Assembly (NCBI RefSeq): GCF_046119375.1
Contig: NW_027362768.1
Coordinates: 168,454,001 to 168,518,000, forward strand
Origin: Phyllobates terribilis
Lineage: Eukaryota
Direction of reading: 5' to 3'
DNA: 64,000 bases
In this document: positions 38,101-47,346 of the stretch, one piece after another
How the letters are laid out: every line of letters starts with the position of its first letter
How positions within the stretch are numbered: the first letter of the stretch is position 1
Translations under genes and position numbers: made by a program
Notes under the pieces: generated by a model
The model's input: the letters and a program-made list of their open reading frames with translations, nothing else
Told to the model about the DNA's origin: nothing
Database searches by the model: none

Positions 38101-41100
38101 TGCAGAAGAACGGAAAGTCGAATATATAATCAGTTATTGTAAAATTCCTTTAACCTCTCATCAATAGAAAACAGATCATAGAACATAATAACATAAAAAA
38201 AAATATATAAAACTATTGTGCTTAAGATCAGAGCCTGAAGCCAAATGTCATAGTATATACCCACCGAGGGCTGCCATCAGGAGATGCCAAGGAGAGCGGC
38301 CACCTACGTGTGGCTCAATCCACTGAACTTTTTGGCCCCAATTCATCAGATAGTTTTCAATAGAATTCTGGTGTAAAACTGTTTGAAATGTCGCAAAATG
38401 TTTGCACAATTGGAAGTTTTTGCAACTTTGGAGTTGGTACGCCACTCGCTGCCAGCTCAGTAAACTTTTTGAAAAGTGTACAAAGGTGTGTGACCAAACG
38501 CAGCCGACAAACTCATTATAATTTATGCTACAAAAGTGGCTTAGTTACGATAGAAATGTACAATAGATAATGGCTGGAGAACATATTTTGCGGTGCCGCA
38601 CAGCAGCTGAAAGCAGAAGAGGTGGACACCTTACTGCAGCGCTCTGTCTGTCACTCCAGTCCTGATGAATTGAAGCCCTGCTGTTTCAATAACACTTATT
38701 AGACCTTTATGGCATATCCAGCAGTCTTTGGATGAAGTATCCCTTTACGTAGCCCTTCTCTTCAACTACGGTAACCATCAAGGTATGTAATAGATGTCAT
38801 GCTGAGAGTTTCTTTGCCGATTATTCATGTGACCACTGCAGCCAATCACTACCCTCAGAGCTCAGTTTGCGGCAGTGGTCACACGGCTATACAGGCATCA
38901 ACAGCATAGGCAATGAGGTGGTGAATTAGGCGGTGAGTATTCTGTGTGTTTTATTCCATAACATTTCCTGCAGCAGGTCTAGCTCTGGTTACACCCCATA
39001 AAGGTTAGAAGCCTCAGTAATGGGACTGCTTAATCTTACCGCCCCTCATCAGCAGACGCTTGCCGTTTTTCGGGATGCTGCTGTTGTATGTTGGCTCTCC
39101 CCCCAATGTTCTGCTCCCACCGCAGCTCTCCAGACTCCCACAGACAGAGTTTCCCGGTGTCCGTTCCACAGATGACTCGGTCTTCGGACAGCCACGCGTG
39201 GCTCAGGAAGTTATGAGCGTCCACTTTTTGAAAGTTTTGTTTCAAATTCCCATCTATGTAGCGGAAGATTTTGAAGACCCCGTGTCCCGTGACGCAGATC
39301 TGGGAATTGTCATGGGGGTTGAAGCTCACCTACAATATTAAGAGAAAATAATCAGCTCTCCAACTCCACTATAGGTCTTGTGAACCCAATACAGAGAGGA
39401 CCTCATACAATGTGATCATAATAAACTGGAGCATCGGGCTGCAGGAGAAATGGACAATGAAACTGAGTCAGACAATTGGAAACTGTACCTGGTAAATGGG
39501 GCTATTCTGACTGTCCGCCCTCACGGTCGCCATCACTTTCTGTTTCTCCCACATCCATAGGATGATTTGCCACTCGGGAGAACCCGACAGAGCCACCAGG
39601 TACTTGGAGTCTGGTGAGAATGCCATGTTGACAAACTCGTGCGCGGTAAAGTCGGTGACGCTCAGGACTTTGCGCTTCTTAAATGGCATGGTCGCTAAAT
39701 CATAGATGGTGATGGTGGCCTTGTCGGGGGTCTTCTCGGACATCGCGAGGTAACGGCGATTGGGGCTGATCGCTAACGCTTGCATGCCCTGACTCTTCTC
39801 TGAGCCTGAAGACAAGAAGACGAGAATGTCTTACATACACTTCTAGTGGAGGGAAAATTAACCGAAAGGGTAACTCCATAAACCACAATAGGGTGAAGGC
39901 GTCCCCGCACCATTCCCTGATGGGTGCTGGGCACCAACCCTAGTAGCCACGGGAGGGCGAACTAGCACCAGGGTCACGCTGATTGCTCTCATACATGCAG
40001 TAGGAAGGAGGGTGATACTTCTACAGTACATGTCCCTCATGGATAAAAAGTGTATTTTACACTAAATAACTAATATCTTTATTTAAACTGATGAAATATT
40101 AGTATAATTCTATGTGATAATACATTATAAGCTGTGTCTCTATGACAACAGTGTGAGTCCCCGTGATCTGATTAAAGATGGGAGTCCCCTTTAATTGCAT
40201 CTTAGTCTCTCTTGACTTCTGAGATCAAAGGGTAAAATGAATGGGATGAAAGGTTCATTGGACAGACGACCCCCGCTGCAGGTTGGCATAAGACGTCTGT
40301 GCAGGATGGAGAATAAAACCCAGTAAAGGCTGCTGTAACTGATTAAAGGGGTTGTCCTTAGGACAGGTTTTTACTATAAGATTGGTGGGGGTCTGACACC
40401 CGGGACCACCTGTTTACAGACAGAAGTACACAACGTACAGAGCTGGAGCACCACAGCTCCATACACTGCATAGTGGCCATTCCCAGGTACTGCATCTCAG
40501 AGGCATTCACTTCAATAGAAACTTAGCAGCACGACCCAAGAACGGTTACTGCACCGTGTATATAACCGTGGTGCTCCAGCTCTGCACACTGTGTACTTCT
40601 GATGGGGAGATTGGGGGGCTGCCAGCTGTCAGGCAACAATGGGTCTGGTTATCATTACCTAAATTCTGGACATCCCCTTTAACCCTGATGTACTATTTGG
40701 GTCTATTTGACCTGAAAAAAGTTTGTGAAGCTGCAGATTATTTATTATGAGGATCTGCAAATCGTAGGTAGGCAAGTTTGTTTATGGATAGGTGTTGTTA
40801 CGAGTGTTGTTTTTTATTGTATGAAATAATGATTGTTACATATGTACTGTTCGGGTCAATATGACCCGATAGTGTTTTATACAGATCTCCTGCAATATTT
40901 TCAGTCACATAAACGGTTTATAATATCATTGTGGATTATCTATTGCATCTACTATTGTTTATCGATTTCTCCAGTTCTTACAGGTCCGTGCGGTCGATAC
41001 ATTTGGAAGTTACTGTAGATGGATGGGCTTTGAGTACAGGTCTGTGAAGGTCTGCTTTGTTGTAGCATATAGGCTCTTATTGTTGCTACACTAGTTAGCG

Positions 41101-43196
41101 TTTGCTGCAATTTTATTATTATTGCTGTTTATTTATAAAGTACTATTTTATTCCACAGCGCTGATTTAACCCTGTGAAAGTCGTCAGTGTCCATTATTTG
41201 GATGGTTGGATAAAAATGTGGCGAATATGTCCATTGAGTGAAGTTGAATTGTAAAAGCTTGCCAACGCCTCAGATCCTGAAAAAGATATCCAAGTGGAGA
41301 AAGTGTCCAAAGATGAGGACCACATAAGTGGTGGGGAAAGTGATTAAGAGAACTCAGATTCTGAAGTTGAATCTGATGAGGCGCGATACCCAGACAACTA
41401 GTCTGATGGAAGCAATTCAGTCTAAAAGCAAAAATGTAATTTGGACCTTGCAGCCTTCTGCCCAGGCAGGAAAATGATCCTCTGCTAACATCAGATAATT
41501 CTTTAATATCTAGCTGCTATTAGAGAAGTTTGGGATAAGTGGATAGAGACTCTTCCAAAATTATACAATACTGGTGAAAATGTCACTGTGGATGAACAAC
41601 TTGTGGCCTTCCGAGGTAGGTGCCCGTTCACACAATATATACCGAGTAAGCCAGCAAAGTACGGCATCAAGATATGGACACTTTGTGACAGCAGCAGGTA
41701 TATACAGGAAAAAAGGAGACAAAACCTGTAAAGAATCAGGGTATGCGTGTTGTTTCAGATTTGACGTATGGACTAAGAGGACAAAATGTGACAACTTTTT
41801 AGTAGTAAGTGGTCGCGATGACAAAAAGCCACAGATGATATTAGATTATTATTCCACCAAAGGGGCAGCTGATCCACTAGATCAACTAATAGCTAATGTT
41901 AGAACCTTCCTGTTTGTTTATTCCATCTTGTGTTTTGCGGTCAAGTGACCATCTGCCTTTATATTCCAGCTCCGCCCTTTTGACTGTGCTGGACTTCAGT
42001 GTTTGACTGTTTTGCTAGCTAGGTGCTTCTGTGCCTTTCTCTGTAAGTTCGCTTGGTCCTTCTGGGACCTCTAGTACCTTTTTGTCAGTTTGTCTTTTTG
42101 TGTTCTGCAACAACCTTCTCTGTTCAGGAGGTGTCTCATTTTTTGTCCCAGTCCTTAGTTCTTTTAGGGATCCCTCCCCTTATGCTATAGGTCTTCGTTC
42201 AGACTAGCCGAGGACTAAGGCGGGTCTGTTTGCTAGGGCAGCCCGCTACATCGTAGGGATTCAGCTTAGTCTTACTGTAGGGACAGCTTTCCCTATCTTT
42301 CCTTATGTTGCAGATCATAACAGCTACGTACACAAGCAAACGCAAAATCAATCGTTGGCCTACAGTTGTTGATGTATTTGCCTACAATGCATTTCTTTTA
42401 TGGTGCAAAATAAACCCCGATTAGAAAGCCAATAAACTGCATAAATGAAGACTCTTTCTGGAAGACTTAGGAAAGTCACTTGTTATGCCATTTATTTTAG
42501 GAAGAAACGTAAATTCCCGAAGTGAAGGAGCAGTAGCCATAGTAAACCGTATCCAGCAGCTCAACAAAGCACTGGAAAAAGACTAAAAAGGAAAAGATGC
42601 AGCATTTTCATGTGATAAAACAAATAAGACATGTTCTAGTCGTAGTAAATATTTATGTAATGTGCAAGTGAGTTATTTCTGTGCAGAATGTAAGAATGCC
42701 TGAATATAGCAAAAAGTGGACCTGTACAACCCTTTGATTTATTTTCTTTAGAAAACTGAAGTTTTGTTTTTTATTTTTCCATTTGTTTTTGACCAACCAT
42801 GTTCACATACAGTTAAATAATGCAACTGGTATTCAAATATTCCGCTTACAGTAGCTAAATGTCAAAATGAACAGACTTTAATAGGCCGGGTCATATTGAC
42901 CCAAACAGTACAAGTGTATAGCAAATACGAACAGAATAGCAGGGTTAAAAGGTTACAAAATCCCTTAAAATATCCCCCTAATGCTTCCCTTTCTTGTTTG
43001 GCGGAGTTCAGACGACTCTGTGCCCCCAGGGGCCCTTACCTGGAATGAACTTCTGCCATTTCTGATCCACGTTATACTTTATACAGTTGTTTCCGGACGG
43101 GAAGATCACGTTTTGTTCATCGAAGTAACAGATGTTATTGGCGACTTTCGGTCGGAGACCAAAGATATAATGAGACTGAGCCACGATTACAGACAT
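21172..43196 (-). CDS. CFAP57: Cilia- and flagella-associated protein 57 (WDR65): WD40 propellers plus long coiled coil; 21 coding exons seen
   Basis: Coding exons (minus): 43196-43040, 39805-39489, 39329-39040, 38099-37940, 37831-37679, 35685-35546, 34145-33980, 33054-32941, 32857-32645, 32124-31951, 31710-31549, 31169-31014, 29281-29188, 28383-28193, 27174-27001, 26730-26572, 26400-26257, 25290-25174, 24912-24778, 21680-21537, 21307-21172. All junctions are GT-AG and phase-consistent (3496 nt). Peptides match CFAP57 as I recall it ([16 protein letters not shown]...[14 protein letters not shown]; [15 protein letters not shown]; [11 protein letters not shown]). If the last donor is not used, the ORF reads on to a stop at 21041. 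Confidence 0.96.
21941..24750. repeat. AT-rich ~33-bp minisatellite (TATACAGGAGATATATACAGTATACAACCCTTT) in a CFAP57 intron, split by an insertion at 22606-23750
   Basis: Tandem units at 21941-22605 (including a ~235-bp higher-order block repeated about three times) and 23751-24750. Confidence 0.95.
22606..23750 (-). mobile_element. LTR-like insertion (probable solo LTR at 22764-23750 plus ~158 bp of extra flank)
   Basis: Inverted termini TGTGACGCC (22764) and GGCGTCACA (ending 23750). On the minus strand there is a TATA (plus-strand CCCTATTTATA, about 23608-23618) and an AGTAAA poly(A)-like signal (about 22966). No clean TSD and no coding region. Confidence 0.6.
28841..29114. repeat. Degenerate (TATC)n microsatellite
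   Basis: Runs of TATC/TCTA with interruptions. Confidence 0.9.
29307..30956 (-). mobile_element. Tc1-family DNA transposon (DD34E, IR/DR type), 1650 bp
   Basis: TA TSDs at 29305-29306 and 30957-30958. The ~211-bp TIRs start CAGTTATATGAAAAAGTTTGGGCACC, each with an inner direct repeat (ATAAGTATGGGCACC), and differ at about 6 positions. Confidence 0.97.
29535..30557 (-). CDS. Tc1 transposase, open 340-aa ORF
   Basis: ATG at 30557 ([12 protein letters not shown]); paired-like HTH, GRPRK linker, [26 protein letters not shown]. There are 34 residues between the second D and E. Confidence 0.93.
   Translation of the reverse strand: MGSSKQLSNDLKTKIIQHSCSGEGYKKLSQRFNLSVSTVRNIVRKWTNTGTVLVKARSGRPRKTSERQRRRMVRSVKDNPQTTSRELQHQLAADGVTVHRSTIQRTLHKEKLYGRVMRKKPFLQACHKQSRLRYAKAHLEKPISFWKKVLWTDETKIELLGHTKRRYAWRQKNTAFQEKHLLPTVKFGGGSIMLWGCVVNAGTGNLVKVEGRMDSTQYQQILDNNVQESVIKLKLRRGCIFQQDNDPKHRFKSTQAFMQRNIYNVLEWPSQSPDLNIIEHLWDHLKRAVHARRPSNLTELELFCKEEWSKIPSSRIQEFIKSYRKRLEAVIFAKGGSTKY
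32300..32575. mobile_element. Old hairpin MITE-like element
   Basis: Inverted arms CCAGGGTGGTCTTCACTTCT / AGAAGTGAAGATTGCCCTGG (17/20) plus TGGCGTCCAGTC / GACCGGACGCTG. Confidence 0.5.
34331..35337 (+). repeat. 81/86/97-bp minisatellite, array 1 of 5 (CTGATCCTGAGTTACATCCTGTATTATACTCCAGAGCTGCACTCACTATTCTGCTGGTGCAGTCACTGTGTACATACATTA)
   Basis: About 11 tandem units in a CFAP57 intron. Confidence 0.95.
35782..37412 (+). mobile_element. Tc1-like DNA transposon with DD38E spacing (Intruder-type), decayed transposase
   Basis: TA TSDs at 35780-35781 and 37413-37414; termini CAGTACAGACCAAAAGTTTG. The ~268-bp inverted repeats are 35782-36049 and 37145-37412. Confidence 0.95.
36196..37249 (+). pseudogene. 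DD38E transposase pseudogene (frameshifts and a stop)
   Basis: [12 protein letters not shown]...GRPRVTS; WSDES*FEIFG; FQEDNDPKH...[12 protein letters not shown] with 38 residues between D and E; split over several frames. Confidence 0.9.
40347..40678. mobile_element. T2/Kolobok-type MITE with TTAA target duplication
   Basis: TTAA|AGGGGTTGTCC ... GGACATCCCCT|TTAA, with an internal perfect 17-bp inverted repeat CAGAGCTGGAGCACCAC / GTGGTGCTCCAGCTCTG. Confidence 0.8.
40683..42944 (+). mobile_element. Decayed piggyBac (PGBD4-like) transposon
   Basis: TTAA|CCCTG ... CAGGG|TTAA. The subterminal motif TGTACT(A/G)TT(T/C)GGGTC(T/A)AT(T/A)TGACC occurs near both ends. Transposase fragments include IREVWDKW...[34 protein letters not shown] (about 41520-41695), [17 protein letters not shown] and a Cys-rich tail. 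There are internal deletions, stops and frameshifts. Confidence 0.88.
41897..42322. mobile_element. Solo LTR (426 bp) nested in the piggyBac transposase
   Basis: TGTTA...TAACA termini; flanks GCTAA / GCTAC (5-bp TSD with one mismatch). Removing it restores the reading [12 protein letters not shown]. Confidence 0.75.
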
Positions 43197-43598
43197 GTTG
43201 GAGGAGTGCGGAGGGTGAAGCTGCAGATGAGAAAACCGGGAAGAAAACTATCATTATAATAGTCAGATTGCTGTAATCCAGTGTATTATGTACGGTCAGT
43301 GCAGTGTCAGGTGCTAAGAATGTGGCAACGGCAGAATCCAAAACTGCTTCAGCAATAGATCAACTTCCTAAAAAGGGAGCGTTTTCTGAAGCGGTTTCTG
43401 CTGTCATTTTTTTTATCTCTGTGTGAACACAACCTTAGATGCCGCAGCCACCACTGTCTGTGGGGTCTGCACACAGTCATGGCCGGGCGTCACCACACTC
43501 ACGTGTGTATATGTGTACATATATTTAACTCCCCCTCATCTCTTTCCCTATAGAGATATAACATCATCACATACAGCAGGAGCACACACGGCACTTAC

Positions 43599-43860
43599 CC
43601 GGCTCCCCTCACTGTGTACCACCAGTCACCATAGCAACAGGACGCTCCGCCGCACAGAACGCTGGGCGGCCGCGGAGGATGACGGGATATGTAGTTCCGG
43701 CACAGCGTCTCCAGGTCGCCTGTAGTTCCAGTCGTAGAAATGATGACGTCAGCGGAAGTGAGACGGTAGAATACTTCCGGGAGGCTCCACGTGTGGACTG
43801 CTGCTGCAAGTGGGTGCAGTGTGCGCGTTCTGCTTCCGTGGAAGGGTGAAATACTGGTTT
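43599..43860. promoter_or_regulatory. Bidirectional CpG-rich promoter of CFAP57 and EBNA1BP2, including the CFAP57 non-coding exon 1 (donor at 43598)
   Basis: RFX X-box GTCACCATAGCAAC 43625-43638; ZNF143/THAP11-type motif (minus ACTACATATCCCG) 43683-43695; CRE TGACGTCA 43744-43751; ETS CGGAAGTG 43753-43760 and ACTTCCGG 43773-43780; E-box CACGTG 43788-43793. A minus-strand GTAAG donor at 43598 pairs with the acceptor at 43220. Confidence 0.75.
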
Positions 43861-44129
43861 TATTTGGTTACTGATGAGGGGGAGGTCCAGGGGGCGCAGG
43901 ACCTGGTGTATTTGGGGAGGCATTTAACAGGGAGTTATATCCTGGTTGCACAGTCGTAGACGCTGAGTTTCTCACCTACTATGATATTGTCACCAGTGTA
44001 CGTCAGTGCATTATCTTAGTCTGATGGTGGTTGTAGTTGCTGGACTGATAACACATTGGGATTGGCGTAGTCAGTGCAGTATTTCTGGGGTGAGTAACAT
44101 GTTCAGGATCATGATGATCCCCCCCCCCC

Positions 44130-47100
44130 CTATCACCACTCATCCACATCTGCCCCTCTCTCCTGCCCTCTCCCATGTACAGTTCCCATGCTCTTCTGAA
44201 CTTCCTGAAAAATCTCACTGTCTTATCCAAAGGTATTGTGCAAGAAACCACGTCACAAATCCAAAAACTATCTGCTCTTTCTCTTTTTACTGCTACTACT
44301 CATTTCAGGGGATATCTCTCCTAACCCCGGACCACCCTCCACCAACCTCACCTCCAAACACTGCTAACCTTATTACCATCAGCTGTACTCCTTCATCTCA
44401 CTCCTTCAATTGTGCACTGTGGAATCCACGGTCTGTATGCAACAAGCTTCCTTTCCTGCACAATTACTTTCTGACCAACTCTCTCAATCTGCTGGCCCTC
44501 ACTAAAACCTGGATCCAGGATTCTGACAGTCTCCCCTGCCGCTATTTCTCATCGCGGCTTGCATTTTTCCCATTCTCCAAGACCTGCAAACAGACTTGGT
44601 GGTGGGGTCAGCATACTCCTGTCCCCACAATGCACCTTCCAGGTCATCCCCCCCAAGTTCCATCACTCTCATTCCCTTCTTTTGAGGTCCACACCATCAG
44701 GCTCTTCTACCCCCTCTCCCTCAGAGTAGCGGTCGTATATCGTCCCCCAGGCTCACCCACCCAGTTCCTTGACCATTTTTCTGCCTGGCTGCCGCACTTC
44801 ATGTCCTCAGATCTACCAACCCTTATCCTGGGAGACTTGTACATCCCCATAAACAGACCCACCTTCTCATCTGCATCCCAGCTTCTATCTTTAACCACTT
44901 GGCCTCTCACAGCTTTCAACATCTGAGACACACAAAGACGGAAACACCCTTGATCTGGTCTTTGTCCAGCTTAGTTCAATCCCCCATCTAAATAACTCCC
45001 CTCTTCCCCTCTATGATCATAACATTCTCTCCTTCACACTCACAAATCCTCGCCCGCCCCCGCACACTCCTACCTATCACACATTCAGAAATCTACAAGC
45101 CATTAACCCTCATACACTTACAGATTCCCTTCACTCATCACTGTCCCCAATCTCCTCTTTTTCCTGTCCTGATCTGGCTGTAAATCACTACAATAACACT
45201 CAGAAGCACGCTGGACCAAGTAGCGCCCCTCACCCTCAGAACCTCTAAGCACAGAGTAAAACAGCCCTGGCTCATACCGCAAACCCGATTTCTCCAGCGT
45301 TGCTCTAGAAGTGCCGAACGCCTATGGAGGAAAACTCGCACACTAGAAAACTTTATCCACTATAAATTTATGTTAAAAGCATAACTCTGCCCTTCACCTC
45401 GCCAAACAGACGTACTTCACCACCCTGATCTCCTCACTATCCATTAACCCCAAAAACTCTTCGATACCTTTCACTCCTTCCTCAGTCCTAAAGCGCAGGC
45501 CCCCATCATGGACATTTGTGCCCAGGACTTGGCCTCCTACTTCACAGAGAAAATAGACCCCATCCATCAGGAAATCAGCTCCCAGCCACCAAGTGCCGTG
45601 ACTCCCATCCCTCCCCACATCCCCTCTGGATCACTCTCCACATATGACCCAGTCACAGAAGATGAAGTCTCCAGGCTCCTCTCTTCTTCTCATCCCACTA
45701 CATGCACCACTGACTCCATCCCCTCACATCTACTCCAGTCTCTTTCTTCATTCGTCACTACTCACTAATGGTGACTACTCTCTGCTCATTCTTCTTGACT
45801 CTCTGCAGCTTTTGACACCGTTGACAACCATCTCCTACCCTCTATGCTCCACTCAATCGGCATAAAGGACACTGCTCTCTCCTGGTTCTCCTCCTACCTA
45901 TCTGACCGCTCTTTCAGTGTATCGTTCGCTGGCTCCACTTCTTCCCCTTTTTCTCTCACTATTGGGGTTCCTCAGGGTTCAGTCCTTGGCCCTCTTCTCT
46001 CTCTACACAGCCCCAATCGGACAGACCATCAGCAAATTTAGTTTTCAGTATCATCTTTATGCTGATGACACACAACTATACACCTCATCCCCTGACCTTA
46101 CCCCCACTGTACTACAGAACACCAGTGACTGTCTGGCCGCAGTCTCTAACATCATGTTCGCTCTCTATCTGATACTCAACCTTTCCAAAACTGAACAACT
46201 TCTGCTCCCGCTGTCTACTCACCTCCCTAAATCTAACATCTCCCTCTCCGTGTGTGGCACCACAAGAACGCCAAGCCAGCAGGCGCGATGTCTGGGCGTT
46301 GTGTTTGACACCAATCTCTCCTTCACCTTCCACATACAATCTCTTGTCGCTTGCACCTGAAGAACATCTCTAGAATCCGCCCCTTTCTCACCTTGGAAAC
46401 AACAAAAACCCTCACTGTTGCCCTGATCCACTCCCGCCTTGACTACTGTAACTCTCTATTAATTGGCCTCCCCCTCACTCGACTTTCCCCCCTCCAGTCC
46501 ATCCTCAATGCTGCAGCCACAGTCATCTATTTGGCTAACCGTTACTCGGACTCCTCCGCTCTGTGCCAGTCATTGCACTGGTTGCCCTTGAATTATAGGA
46601 TCCAATTTAAATTGCTTGTTTTCACCCACAAAGCTCTCCACAGTGTGGCTCCTCCCTCATTTCTGTGTATCGGCCTACCTGTTCTCTACGCTCCACAAGC
46701 GACTTTCGACTAACATCTGCACTAGTCCATACCTCCCACTCCCGGCTTCAAGACTTCTCCCGAGCTGCACCTATTCTTTGGAATGCTCTACCCCAAGAAA
46801 TTAGGATGAACCACAACTTACAGTTTTAGGCGCTCCCTAAAAACACACCTGTTTAGGGCGGCTTATCACGTTCCCTAATCGAATTCCTTTAATATACTTA
46901 TAGCCCATCCCTTATTTCTCCAAACATAAGTCTCCACCGAACCAAAAAGCACTACAGATACTGGCTGGTGATGAGCTCATGCAGCCTTCATCTATCCCTC
47001 ATCCCCTCAAGATGGCTGGACCATCATTGTAAATAAGCCCCTGTACTTTGTGTCACCCCCACCTCATTGTAGATTGTAAGCTCTTACGAGCAGGGTCGTC

Positions 47101-47220
47101 ATTTTTTTTGCTGTAATTATTGTATTATCTTTAGCTAATTTACTTATGACTGTTGTATATGAACCTCTGAATTGTTAAGTGCTGTGGAATATGTTGGCGC
47201 TATATAAATATTATTATTAT
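44130..47220 (+). mobile_element. L2/CR1-group LINE relic (APE endonuclease and RT, multiple frameshifts), 5' boundary approximate
   Basis: ALWNPRSVCNK...LALTKTW, VYRPPG, THKDGNTLDLVF (endonuclease); [21 protein letters not shown] (RT). The 3' tail is GCTGTGGAATATGTTGGCGCTATATAAAT(ATT)n ending at 47220. Confidence 0.92.
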
Positions 47221-47346
47221 GTGGGTGGGCTCCGTCGCGCGGGGGTCACTTACTTTCGCACTGTAACATCACAGATTTCCATTGCTGTAGATCTCACCGA
47301 CAATTTGACCGAATCTGTTGTGATTGTTCTTAGGAGAGGAGCCGCC

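Noticed and set aside
41166-41175. TTAACCCTG as the left end of the piggyBac
   Set aside because: It lacks the subterminal GGGTCAATATGACC-like motif, which is found next to the TTAACCCTG at 40679 and at the right end.
44006-44926. 306-aa ORF as a host gene
   Set aside because: It is the endonuclease part of the decayed L2 plus upstream non-coding sequence.
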